NCBI GenBank assembly: GCA_036734125.1
Contig: DAIMZE010000001.1
Location: forward strand, 1-54,048
Origin: Candidatus Planktophila sp.
Lineage (GTDB): Bacteria > Actinomycetota > Actinomycetes > Nanopelagicales > Nanopelagicaceae
Reading direction: 5' to 3'
Length of the DNA stretch: 54,048 nucleotides
This document shows positions 1-9,529 of the stretch, piece by piece. A program made the position numbers and the translations under genes. The notes beneath the pieces are model-generated. The model saw nothing but the letters and a program-made list of their open reading frames with translations. It was not told the DNA's origin and made no database searches. Position 1 is the stretch's first letter; each line of letters opens with the position of its first letter.

Positions 1-7
1 TAAAAAC

Positions 8-1624
8 TCACGATAACAATTCCTTAAGCGGTGGTCGTAGTTGATCCAAAACTACCGTGGCAGCTTTGGAATCCCTTTCAATTGCCTCAATGTAACACTT
101 CATCTTTGCCTCGGTACCGCTGGGACGAATGATGATTCGCACACCACCATCTAGCCAGATTCGAATTCCATCTGTGGGTGGCAAACCATCAGTGGGTTTT
201 GCTAAATCATCGATCGAAGTAACTGATCGTCCAGCAATCTCTGTGGGTGGATTACTGCGTAAGCCTCCCAGGATTACTCCGACCTTAGAAAGATCACTCA
301 AGCGAATAGAGATTTGTTCTGTCGCATGAAAACCATGTCGTGCCCAAATTTCATCCAGTAAATCCAAAAGAGTTTTTCCTTCAGCGGCCAGATCAGTTGC
401 GATTTGTGCCAAAGTAATTGCCGCCGAGATTCCATCTTTGTCATTTACTGTCACCGCATCAACGGCATAGCCAAGAGCTTCTTCATAGCCAAAAGTTAAG
501 TTCTCAATTTTTGCCAGCCACTTAAAGCCAGTCAAAGTCTCTTTGAATTGTAGGTTGTGATGTTCAGCAATCTTCTTGACGATAGATGAAGAAACAATGG
601 AGTTAGCAAAGATCCCCGAATCAATCTTTCGGGCGATAGATTCGGCGAAAATCGCGCCTAACTCATCTCCGCGTAGCATTCTCCACCCAGTTACTGGATC
701 GTTAATTGCTGCTGCACATCTATCAGCATCAGGATCATTGGCAATAACTAAGTGCGCATCAAAACTTCTGGCGGTTTCAAGTGCTAAATCAATTGCGCCT
801 GGTTCTTCCGGGTTTGGAAAAGCAACAGTTGGAAAATCGGGATCTGGTGCAGCTTGTGCTTCAACCAAGATAGGTGAGGCAAATCCTGCCTTATGAAAAA
901 CTTGCTGAAGCGTTTGCGTACCGACTCCGTGCATAGCGGTATAAACAATTCGTAATGAGCCAGGTGTGCCGGCTAGCGAGGCGGTTCGGTTGACATATTT
1001 TTCAACTATTTCCTCGCCCAATACTTCCCAAACTTTTCCACGTGGCTGAGATTTTAATGAAGTTACGGCATCAATCTTTGCAGCGATAGCTTCATCTGTT
1101 GGAGAAACAATTTGCGATCCGCGATAGTGAATTCCATCAACTGTGCCGCCTAGGTAAACCTTGTAACCATTATCTTGTGGTGGATTGTGGCTTGCGGTCA
1201 CCATTATTCCTACATCGCACTGCAGTTCATTTGTTGCAAAAGCTAAAACTGGGGTGGGAAGTGGGCGGGGCAATACGTAAACCTTCATCCCCGCACCGCT
1301 CATAATTTCTGCAGTTTCAAAGGTGAAATCTTCAGATCCATATCGAGCATCACGGCCAATAACAACAGAAGTTAAGTTGCGTTCCTTCATATAAGCAACA
1401 ATTCCTGCAGCTGCGCGACCAACAACCGCGCGATTCATACCAGAAGGACCAGGTCTAATTGGTCCGCGTAATCCCGCAGTTCCAAATTGTAAAAAACCAT
1501 TAAATGAAGCACGCAGTTCGGATTCATTTCCTGCATCAAGCCATTGCTGTAATTGCGCAGCGGTTAATGGATCTGGATCATCTGCAATCCAGGCATGTAC
1601 TTCCTGCTCTAATGAGTGATCCAT
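8..1624 (-). CDS. Phospho-sugar mutase (phosphomannomutase/phosphopentomutase-type)
   Basis: FGTAGLRG, TASHNP phosphoserine loop, DPDADR metal loop, RPSGTE; start reset to ATG at 1624 (MDHSLEQ), just after the punA stop. Confidence 0.9.
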   Translation of the reverse strand: MDHSLEQEVHAWIADDPDPLTAAQLQQWLDAGNESELRASFNGFLQFGTAGLRGPIRPGPSGMNRAVVGRAAAGIVAYMKERNLTSVVIGRDARYGSEDFTFETAEIMSGAGMKVYVLPRPLPTPVLAFATNELQCDVGIMVTASHNPPQDNGYKVYLGGTVDGIHYRGSQIVSPTDEAIAAKIDAVTSLKSQPRGKVWEVLGEEIVEKYVNRTASLAGTPGSLRIVYTAMHGVGTQTLQQVFHKAGFASPILVEAQAAPDPDFPTVAFPNPEEPGAIDLALETARSFDAHLVIANDPDADRCAAAINDPVTGWRMLRGDELGAIFAESIARKIDSGIFANSIVSSSIVKKIAEHHNLQFKETLTGFKWLAKIENLTFGYEEALGYAVDAVTVNDKDGISAAITLAQIATDLAAEGKTLLDLLDEIWARHGFHATEQISIRLSDLSKVGVILGGLRSNPPTEIAGRSVTSIDDLAKPTDGLPPTDGIRIWLDGGVRIIIRPSGTEAKMKCYIEAIERDSKAATVVLDQLRPPLKELLS

Positions 1625-1628
1625 GTGC

Positions 1629-2459
1629 TTAGAGTAACTTCGGAATAACCCCTTTGAGAAGTGCACCCATTCGGTCTGCTGCAGCCTTACCCGCTGCAAT
1701 TACCTCTTCATGGTTGAGTTTCTCACCAGTGACTCCGGCTGCAGCATTTGTGACTAATGAGATACCCAGAACTTCAGCGCCCAAAGCATGTGCTGCAATT
1801 GCTTCTGGAACTGTAGACATTCCAACTAGGTCTGCACCCATGGTTCGCATCATTAAAATTTCCGCAGGAGTTTCATACGTTGGTCCGCGCCAGTGTACAT
1901 ATACACCTTCTTGTAGCGATGAATCTTCTTTCTTTACAATTTCACGAATTCGCTTGCTATACAGATCGGTTAAGTCAACAAAAGTTGCACCAGATAGTGG
2001 CGAAACAGCGGTTAACGAAATGTGATCACGAATCAAGACTGGTTGGCCAACTTTGTACGAGGTATTAATTCCTCCACACGCGTTAGTCAAAATAACTACT
2101 TTGCAACCAGCTTTAACTGCGGTACGAACACTATGAACTACAGGTTCAATTCCCTTACCTTCGTATAAATGTGTTCTACCTAAGAAAACTAATGCACGTA
2201 ACTTCTTCCCATCACTTTCAATTTCATACGAGCGAACTTTGCCTGAATGGCCTTCGACCGCCGGAGCAAAGAACCCAGTGAACTCTTCAGCGTTACATTC
2301 AAATACAGGTGTTCCAAGTGCATCAACAGCGCTAACCCAACCTGATCCCATAACTAGAGCGACATCGTGATGAGCTATGCCGGTCTTTGCTGCAATTTCC
2401 TTCGCTGCTTGCTCAGCTGCAGCCAATGGGTCTTTATAAAGAAGTTCGGTCTGTGTCAT
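1629..2459 (-). CDS. punA: Purine-nucleoside phosphorylase (trimeric type)
   Basis: GSGW, GRTHLYEG, TNACGG, GPTYETPAE, VGMSTVPE motifs. Confidence 0.93.
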   Translation of the reverse strand: MTQTELLYKDPLAAAEQAAKEIAAKTGIAHHDVALVMGSGWVSAVDALGTPVFECNAEEFTGFFAPAVEGHSGKVRSYEIESDGKKLRALVFLGRTHLYEGKGIEPVVHSVRTAVKAGCKVVILTNACGGINTSYKVGQPVLIRDHISLTAVSPLSGATFVDLTDLYSKRIREIVKKEDSSLQEGVYVHWRGPTYETPAEILMMRTMGADLVGMSTVPEAIAAHALGAEVLGISLVTNAAAGVTGEKLNHEEVIAAGKAAADRMGALLKGVIPKLL

Positions 2460-2496
2460 GCGGCAATAATGTCATAAAGGGGGCGCCTGCGGTTAT

Positions 2497-3099
2497 TTAC
2501 TTCATCTGCTTTGCTTCAGGCCAGGTATACCCAAGGTTTGCAAAAGCCTTACGAACAAATGGCATAGAGATTCCCACGACATTTGTGTAATCGCCTTCGA
2601 TAGAAGGGATGAACGGAGAACTAAACCCATCTAGCGTAAATCCACCAGCAACATGTAGTGGCTCTTCGGTGGCAACGTAATCTGCAATTTCTTCATCGCT
2701 CATGTGATCAAAGCTGACTCGAGTCGTAACTCGATCTGAAATCTCAATGTCCTTTGCGGTATCAATAATGCAGTGACCAGTGTGCAATAACCCTGAATTG
2801 CCCCGAACTCGCTTTGCGCGCTCAGTTGCAATCTCGGGTGTTCCTGGCTTACCCAGTGAATGGCCATCAAATTCAAAAGTTGAATCACAACCGATGATGA
2901 TTGCCGGGAAATCAATTTGCTCACGTACTGTATGAGCTTTAGTGATCGCAAGGGCGATCACCATGTCGGCAGGGGAAAGTGAGTTGAAAAATTCTGTCTC
3001 TTCATCCACATGGCTGACGATTATTGTTGGGGATAGCCCAGCAGACTCCAATAGGCGACGACGGCTAGTTGATTGCGATGCTAAAACAATTGTCGTCAT
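2497..3099 (-). CDS. maf: Maf family nucleotide pyrophosphatase
   Basis: VLASQSTSRRRLL, GCDS, GKP, G-DYTNVVG; start reset to ATG at 3099. Confidence 0.9.
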   Translation of the reverse strand: MTTIVLASQSTSRRRLLESAGLSPTIIVSHVDEETEFFNSLSPADMVIALAITKAHTVREQIDFPAIIIGCDSTFEFDGHSLGKPGTPEIATERAKRVRGNSGLLHTGHCIIDTAKDIEISDRVTTRVSFDHMSDEEIADYVATEEPLHVAGGFTLDGFSSPFIPSIEGDYTNVVGISMPFVRKAFANLGYTWPEAKQMK

Positions 3100-3179
3100 A
3101 GTGATCAAACCTTCTGGCTCTGTATGTAAAGTGACTTTCAGTACAGCGCTAACACTATCGTTACATCTACGATAAGCCC

Positions 3180-4046
3180 GTGAGTAAAACCTTTCCAACG
3201 GTTGGCATAATTGCTGACGGCCCCACGGCTGGGATGTTTTTATCTCCAGCCAGATCCCTGGGAGTCGAGCTACTTTGTTGTGATTCCAAGGATGTAGATC
3301 ACGGCAATCTTCAGAAATGCGATGTTGTGACCATCGCTGATCAACCTAACTCCTTAACAATTGCCAAAAAATTAGAGGCAGAGGGCATCACAGTGCGTCC
3401 TTCATTTTCTGCAATGTCGGCTGCAAGTCAAACAATAAATTCAGCGGTTGATCAAGCAATCCAGATTTGTGTGATGGTTGCTCGCTCGCCACATGGGCAG
3501 GCAACAACGTGGGCACCTTCTGAAATTCATAGAAGCAATAACAAGTGGAGCATGAGCATTTCTCCCGCCCCTCAATTAACTGGTGCAATGCATGAAAAGG
3601 CTCAAAAACTTGCGCTGGATTTTTCGGCGCAATTAGGGGCGGTCGGCGTCCTTGCCGTTGAAATATCGGTTAAGGACGAAGATATAAATGTTGTTAATGT
3701 GGCCATGCATCCACATGATTCGGGCAATTGGACTGTCGATGGATCAGTTACCAATCAATACGAACAACATTTACGAGCAATCCTAGATTTACCTTTGGGT
3801 GATCCTTCAATGTCAACGCCATATGTTGTGACCGGAAATTTCTACAGTGGTGATAAACCCAATATGTATCGCCCTTATTTACATCTGATGGCGCGTACAC
3901 CTGCGCTTAAGTTTCATCAATACAAGAATTCTGGTGTACCAGGTGAGCTGATGGGACACATCACTTTGGCAGGGGATGACTTACCTAAAATCATTGAAGA
4001 GATTGAACATGCACTGCAATACCTGCAAGGTGAAATTGACGAATAA
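3180..4046 (+). CDS. purK: PurK-like ATP-grasp protein, internally shortened with degenerate active-site motifs
   Basis: ARSPHGQ, PHDSGNWT, QYEQHLRAILDLPLG, YLHLMAR resemble actinobacterial PurK; only 288 aa; no GYDG loop. Confidence 0.75.
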   Translation: MSKTFPTVGIIADGPTAGMFLSPARSLGVELLCCDSKDVDHGNLQKCDVVTIADQPNSLTIAKKLEAEGITVRPSFSAMSAASQTINSAVDQAIQICVMVARSPHGQATTWAPSEIHRSNNKWSMSISPAPQLTGAMHEKAQKLALDFSAQLGAVGVLAVEISVKDEDINVVNVAMHPHDSGNWTVDGSVTNQYEQHLRAILDLPLGDPSMSTPYVVTGNFYSGDKPNMYRPYLHLMARTPALKFHQYKNSGVPGELMGHITLAGDDLPKIIEEIEHALQYLQGEIDE

Positions 4047-4049
4047 AGA

Positions 4050-4445
4050 CTAGCGAGCTCGGTATTCAATCGCTGGGCAACGATTCATAACTGTTAACAA
4101 TCCTGCTGCTTGTGCGCGAGCGACAGCTGCTTCATCAATCACATCAAGTTGAAGCCATACCGCTTTGGCACCAATGGCAATTGCTTTATCGACAACTGCG
4201 CCAACTAATTGCGAATTAACGAAACAATCAACAACATCAACAGAAACTGGAATCTCTGAAAGTGCGGTATAGCCAATTTCTCCATGCACAGTTTCACCTT
4301 TTGGATGTACCGGAATGATTGTGTGGCCTTTGTCTTTCAATAATTGAGCAATCCCAAAAGCTGCACGGTCAGGGTTGTTACCAAGCCCGACTACAGCCCA
4401 AGTTTTAAGTGCTAGGACTGCGTCAATTGTTTCTTTGGTATTAAT
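4050..4445 (-). CDS. CoA-binding protein (YccU-like)
   Basis: Frame stays open upstream of the predicted TTG (4340) and encodes WAVVGLGNNPDRAAFGIA; also VWLQL and MNRC; probable start at ATT 4445. Confidence 0.85.
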   Translation of the reverse strand: MNTKETIDAVLALKTWAVVGLGNNPDRAAFGIAQLLKDKGHTIIPVHPKGETVHGEIGYTALSEIPVSVDVVDCFVNSQLVGAVVDKAIAIGAKAVWLQLDVIDEAAVARAQAAGLLTVMNRCPAIEYRAR

Positions 4446-5751
4446 CGGTACGACCTAGAGCGTGGAACTTCCAACCAGCTTTTCGCCATAATGTGCGATC
4501 TAACATATTGCGGCCGTCAATGATGATCTTAGATTTAACAAGGGATGAAATAGCCGCTGGATCGATTTGGCGGTACTCCTTCCACTCAGTTAAGTGCAAA
4601 ATTAAGTCAGCATCCTTAAGCGCATCTGTAACAACCTCTTGGTATTCAAGGTTAGGAAAACGCTTGCGTGCAGGCTCGATACCTTGTGGATCATGCACTA
4701 CAACGATTGCACCAGCTGCTTGTAACTGCGCGGCAATATCTAATGCAGGGGAGTCACGCACATCATCGCTGTCGGGCTTGAAAGTCGCACCCAAAACAGC
4801 GATTTTGTATTGTGTTAAATCCTCTGACAGTTCACCGCGCACAACATCGATTACACGTTGGCGAGCACGTAAGTTAATCGCATCAATTTCGCGTAAGAAT
4901 TCCAGAGCTTGCTTGGCACCAAGCTCTTCAGCACGCGCCATAAATGCACGAATGTCTTTTGGAAGGCATCCGCCACCAAAACCGATACCGGCTTGCAAGA
5001 ATTTATTGCCAATACGTGGGTCATAACCAATTGCCTTTGCCAGCACAGTGACATCGCCACCAGCAGCTTCGCATACTTCAGCCATTGCATTGATAAATGA
5101 AATCTTTGTTGCCAGGAATGAATTCGCGGCAACTTTTACTAATTCAGAGGTTGGTAGATCTGCGCGAATCCATGGAGTTCCTAGAGCAATTACTGGCTCA
5201 TAAACCTCTTTAAGAATTTCTTCGGCGCGATCATTTGCGACACCGACAACTAAGCGGTTAGGAGTCAAAGTATCTTCAACAGCAAAACCTTCGCGAAGGA
5301 ATTCTGGATTCCAGGCTAGATCTGCTTGCGGTGCAATTTTCGCGAGCTCTTCACGTAAACCTTGCGCAGTTCCAACTGGCACAGTTGATTTACCAACTAC
5401 CAACGCGCCCTCTTTTAAGTGAGGAGCGATTGCAGCGACCGCAGATTTCACATATGTAAGGTCAGCGGCAAGTCCATCTTTGCTTTGCGGTGTTCCAACA
5501 CAGACAAAGTGAACATCTGCATCCTTAACTGCTGAAAAATCTGTTGTAAATGAAAGGCGACCAGTTTTCATTTCTTGCTCAAGCAAGGTATCTAAACCTG
5601 GTTCGTAAAAGGGCAACTGTCCACTTTGCAGCAGGGCAACTTTTTCAGGATCTGTATCCACGCCGACAACGGTGAAACCAAGAGAGGACATACATGCAGC
5701 GTGGGTGGCTCCCAAATATCCGCAGCCAACTACCGAGAGAGTTAAAGTCAT
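4441..5751 (-). CDS. ugd: UDP-glucose/GDP-mannose dehydrogenase
   Basis: GCGYLG, KSTVPVGT, NPEFLREG, GFGGGCLPKD, FKPDSDDVRDSP. Confidence 0.93.
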   Translation of the reverse strand: MTLTLSVVGCGYLGATHAACMSSLGFTVVGVDTDPEKVALLQSGQLPFYEPGLDTLLEQEMKTGRLSFTTDFSAVKDADVHFVCVGTPQSKDGLAADLTYVKSAVAAIAPHLKEGALVVGKSTVPVGTAQGLREELAKIAPQADLAWNPEFLREGFAVEDTLTPNRLVVGVANDRAEEILKEVYEPVIALGTPWIRADLPTSELVKVAANSFLATKISFINAMAEVCEAAGGDVTVLAKAIGYDPRIGNKFLQAGIGFGGGCLPKDIRAFMARAEELGAKQALEFLREIDAINLRARQRVIDVVRGELSEDLTQYKIAVLGATFKPDSDDVRDSPALDIAAQLQAAGAIVVVHDPQGIEPARKRFPNLEYQEVVTDALKDADLILHLTEWKEYRQIDPAAISSLVKSKIIIDGRNMLDRTLWRKAGWKFHALGRTD

Positions 5752-5761
5752 GTGGCCGAGT

Positions 5762-6877
5762 TTACTTCAGAGCCCCGCAAGGATTTTCATCAGCGGTACG
5801 AGTCTTGAATTTATCGATCACAGTTGGCTTAGCAGTTGTTGATGATGAAGGCGAAGGAGTAGGGGTTACCTCATCGGTGAGCGGTAAATCTTCACGAATT
5901 CGATTAAACAGTTCTGGTGCAAGCTCTGAATCCCACGTCACAACCGATCCAATTCCAGGTACTCGTGCATTGGTATTTCCTAGCGGAATTGTCAGAGTTC
6001 GAACATTGCTTGAAGAAAGGTTCTTCATTTGCTTTGCAAGAGTCAAGAGATCGCTCTTATTGAGTTCTGAATCAGTCTTGATTGTTGCAATCGCTGCGTT
6101 AAAGAAATTAACTAACTTAACTGGGTTAAGCAGAACGCCAGTGCTTGTCACTTTACGAAGGACCGCGCTCATAAACTGTTGTTGACGTTGCATTCGGCCT
6201 AGATCGCCCATTCCATCAAAGTCACGTGTTCGCACATATTTCAGAGCTTCAACACCATTAAGAGTGTGGACACCTGCGGGCAGAACTAAGTGGCTACCCG
6301 GATCGTCAATGTCGCGCTTAGTACAGACTTCGATGCCGCCGAGCGCGTCAACCATTCCAGCAAAACCAGCAAAGCCAATTTCGATGTAGTGGTCGATGCG
6401 GATTCCTGTTTCACTTTCAACGGTTTGGATTAAAAGTGGTGCGCCACCAAAAGCAAATGCAGCGTTGATTTTTCCTTTTGCCGCAGGAACGATTTTTTCT
6501 TTGTTAAGCGAAGAAGGATGTTCTGGAATTGTCACTAAAGAATCACGGGGGATTGAAATGATTGTTGCTTTATCTCGAGATTTTGAGATGTGAACAATGA
6601 GCATGGTGTCTGATCGCGAACCTGCGGCGGTCTTTGTGCTTCCTACTCGCAACAACTTCATTTGTTCTTTTGTCAGACCTTCACGTGTATCTGAACCAAC
6701 TAACAAATAGTTAAGCGCTTTATTTGGCTTATCTGGGCGGTTATTTATTGAGCCAAAAGCATCGATGCGGTCGATTGCACCGCTGATTTGACCCAGACCT
6801 AGCCACGAAAAGGCGGAAATCAGAACTACTCCCACAGATAGTGAGGTAATAATCCGAATTGCCCGCGTTGATTTCAC
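5762..6877 (-). CDS. LCP (LytR/CpsA/Psr) glycopolymer ligase
   Basis: N-terminal TM, LLVGSD, RSDT, SIPRD, KINAA, DLGRMQRQQ. Confidence 0.92.
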   Translation of the reverse strand: MKSTRAIRIITSLSVGVVLISAFSWLGLGQISGAIDRIDAFGSINNRPDKPNKALNYLLVGSDTREGLTKEQMKLLRVGSTKTAAGSRSDTMLIVHISKSRDKATIISIPRDSLVTIPEHPSSLNKEKIVPAAKGKINAAFAFGGAPLLIQTVESETGIRIDHYIEIGFAGFAGMVDALGGIEVCTKRDIDDPGSHLVLPAGVHTLNGVEALKYVRTRDFDGMGDLGRMQRQQQFMSAVLRKVTSTGVLLNPVKLVNFFNAAIATIKTDSELNKSDLLTLAKQMKNLSSSNVRTLTIPLGNTNARVPGIGSVVTWDSELAPELFNRIREDLPLTDEVTPTPSPSSSTTAKPTVIDKFKTRTADENPCGALK

Positions 6878-6913
6878 TGTCAGAGAGTACTTGAGCGATA
6901 GCGTGTACGCGTT

Positions 6914-7924
6914 ATGTCGACATCAGCGAACACGTTATATGGCTCACCGAAGCGAGAAATCTCGGTCATCCTGCCTGTCCTGAACGAGGAGAAGTATCTA
7001 GCCGATTCTGTGAATTCGATCTTGTCTCAGAATTTCGTCGGAGCAATCGAAGTCATTCTTGCTGTGGGTCCTTCACAGGATGAAACCATGAAGATTGCAA
7101 AGTCCCTCGAAGCTAAAGACCCACGTGTTGTCGTTGTTGAAAATCCAACTGGCAAAACTGCTGCCGGCCTCAATCTTGCAATTGCAAAGACTCGCTATGC
7201 AATCATTGTGCGAGTTGATGGACATTCACAAATCCCAATTGATTACTGTGAAACCGCTTTTCAAATTCTTGAAAAAACTGGCGCAGTAAATGTTGGCGGC
7301 ATCATGGCCGCTGAAGGCATTTCACTTTTTGAACGATCTGTTGCTCGTGCAATGCGCAGCCCACTTGGGGTAGGAGCTTCACGCTTTCACACCGGAGGAG
7401 GTGCCGGAGAATCTGACACGGTTTACTTAGGCTGCTTTAGAAAAGAAGCATTGTTGGCGGTTGGTGGATTTGATGAGAGATTTACTCGAGCACAAGATTG
7501 GGAACTCAACTTTCGTTTACGCGAAAGTGGAGGCAGTGTTTACTTTGATCCCAGACTAAAAGTTACGTATCGTCCCCGCTCGACAATTAAAGCTCTTGCT
7601 AAGCAGTACTTCGAATATGGTCGTTGGCGCCGAGTTGTTTCAAGAAGACATAAAGGAAGCATCAACTACAGATATCTCGCTCCACCATTTACAGTGGTTG
7701 CAACCACACTCTCGATCCTTCTTGGGACACTGATTTCGCCAATACTCTTTGTTCCTGCTCTTGTTTATTCAGTGTTTATCCTGGGAGCTTCGACAATTAT
7801 TGGTAAGAGCTTGGGCGAGATTCTTTGTTTGCCAACAATTTTGCTCACTATGCATATTTCATGGGGGCTTGGATTTCTTACATCGCCGAAGTCGCTAGCC
7901 CCTGCGGTAACCTTGCATCCGTGA
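6914..7924 (+). CDS. Glycosyltransferase family 2 (ExoA-like, C-terminal TMs)
   Basis: SVILPVLNEE, RVDGH, AQDWELNFRLR, QYFEYGRWR. Confidence 0.88.
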   Translation: MSTSANTLYGSPKREISVILPVLNEEKYLADSVNSILSQNFVGAIEVILAVGPSQDETMKIAKSLEAKDPRVVVVENPTGKTAAGLNLAIAKTRYAIIVRVDGHSQIPIDYCETAFQILEKTGAVNVGGIMAAEGISLFERSVARAMRSPLGVGASRFHTGGGAGESDTVYLGCFRKEALLAVGGFDERFTRAQDWELNFRLRESGGSVYFDPRLKVTYRPRSTIKALAKQYFEYGRWRRVVSRRHKGSINYRYLAPPFTVVATTLSILLGTLISPILFVPALVYSVFILGASTIIGKSLGEILCLPTILLTMHISWGLGFLTSPKSLAPAVTLHP

Positions 7925-8748
7925 GTACCCCATTGCAGGTTTATGAGCCATTTAGGGCCGGCCTGCCCAAGCTCGGTAAGTACTGGAAATCTTTGTGGTC
8001 TCGCAGAACCTTTATCTCTGAATACTCAAAATCTGAACTGCGCGAGCAGCATTTCGATTCAGTTTTCGGGCAATTGTGGCTTGTCCTCAATCCACTGTTG
8101 CTATCAGGTGTTTACTTTATTTTGATCGTCATTATTGGTGGAACAACCGATAGCTCACGCTACGTTCACCTCACTGCCAGTCTTTTCCTCTTTTACTTAG
8201 TGGCAAACTCTTTAACCGGCGGAGTTAAATCAATTACCGCGGGTCAAAGGCTCATTTTAAATACGGCATTCCCACGAATCATGTTGCCGATCTCGGCAGT
8301 TGTCATCGCAATCTTTAAATTTGTTCCAACACTCATAGTCTTTATTGTGATTAAGGCGGTTATGGGTTCACCATTTTCGATTGAAATGTTGTGGGCTATT
8401 CCGGTTCTCTTGATTACTGTTTTTCTTGCACTAGGTCTAGCAATCACAATTTCCTGTATCAATGTTTATTTCAGAGATATAGCAAGCTTCTTGCCATATC
8501 TGACCAGAACGCTTCTTTACTTATCTCCGATCTTGTACGAGGCATCTGCTTTAAATCCAAACCTGAAAGCTCTTGAAATCGTCAACCCGCTGTTTCCAAT
8601 ATTGGATTCGTGGTCACGGGCTTTAGTGCAGGGTGAAGTACCTCAAACATCAAGCATGCTTCAGGGATTAGCCTGGGCAACAGGTATCTTCTTTATTGGT
8701 ACCTACTTTTTCTTGTCGAGGGAGCGTGAGTTCGCTGTCCGCCTCTAA
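7921..8748 (+). CDS. ABC-2 polysaccharide/teichoic acid export permease (Wzm/TagG-like)
   Basis: SVFGQLWLVLNPL, FRDI, YLSPILY, NPL; GTG start overlaps the upstream TGA. Confidence 0.87.
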   Translation: MSTPLQVYEPFRAGLPKLGKYWKSLWSRRTFISEYSKSELREQHFDSVFGQLWLVLNPLLLSGVYFILIVIIGGTTDSSRYVHLTASLFLFYLVANSLTGGVKSITAGQRLILNTAFPRIMLPISAVVIAIFKFVPTLIVFIVIKAVMGSPFSIEMLWAIPVLLITVFLALGLAITISCINVYFRDIASFLPYLTRTLLYLSPILYEASALNPNLKALEIVNPLFPILDSWSRALVQGEVPQTSSMLQGLAWATGIFFIGTYFFLSREREFAVRL

Positions 8749-9529
8749 ACTTCAAAAAACTAATGAGATCGCTGTTTCAATTAGAAATGTCGGTCTTACT
8801 TACACGACTGCAATTGATCGCAGACCAACGTTAAAGGCACGTGTAAAGGCGCTTGGTCGTGGAGGAAAACAAACTCGTGTTGTTCGCGCATTAGATGATG
8901 TAAATCTTGATGTTGAATACGGACAAGTTCTAGGTGTCATCGGAACTAATGGTGCAGGTAAGTCATCACTCATGCGCTGTGTTGCAGGAATCCTGCCACC
9001 TTCACAAGGCCGTATTGAAGTGTATGGATCAGTAAGTACCTTGTTAGCGCTAGGTGTTGGATTTAATCCTTCTATGTCGGGTCGAGACAATGTTTTTCTA
9101 GGTGGCTTAGCTGCGGGAATGTCGCGGGATGAAATAGAAGGACACTTTGAGGAAATTGCAGATTTTTCAGAGCTCGGCGATGCAATTGATGCACCCATGC
9201 GAACCTATTCCTCAGGAATGTATGCGCGCCTGGCTTTTTCTGTCGCTGCAACGGTGCGACCAGATATTTTAATTATTGATGAAGCTCTGAGCACAGGAGA
9301 TGCCAAGTTTAAGGAAAAGAGTCTCAACCGGGTAAAAGAATTGCGAAGCGATGATCGCGCACTGATCCTTGTAAGTCATGCCATGCAAACATTACGAGAA
9401 ACCTGTAATGACGTAGCCTGGTTACATAAAGGCAAGTTAATTCAGCGCGGTGAACCAAATCAAGTAATCGATGCGTATCAAGAGTTTTTACATCTTGGAA
9501 AGAGTTCAGCAATTGATGAGGATGTTTAA
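8726..9529 (+). CDS. ABC polysaccharide export ATPase (Wzt/TagH-like)
   Basis: GTNGAGKS, YSSGMYARLAF signature, IIDE, VSH. Confidence 0.9.
   Translation: MSSLSASKLQKTNEIAVSIRNVGLTYTTAIDRRPTLKARVKALGRGGKQTRVVRALDDVNLDVEYGQVLGVIGTNGAGKSSLMRCVAGILPPSQGRIEVYGSVSTLLALGVGFNPSMSGRDNVFLGGLAAGMSRDEIEGHFEEIADFSELGDAIDAPMRTYSSGMYARLAFSVAATVRPDILIIDEALSTGDAKFKEKSLNRVKELRSDDRALILVSHAMQTLRETCNDVAWLHKGKLIQRGEPNQVIDAYQEFLHLGKSSAIDEDV

Noticed and set aside
8..1624. Two phosphomannomutase genes as a recent duplication
   Set aside because: They belong to distinct subfamilies (FGTAGLRG versus FKAYDIRG), both normal in Actinobacteria
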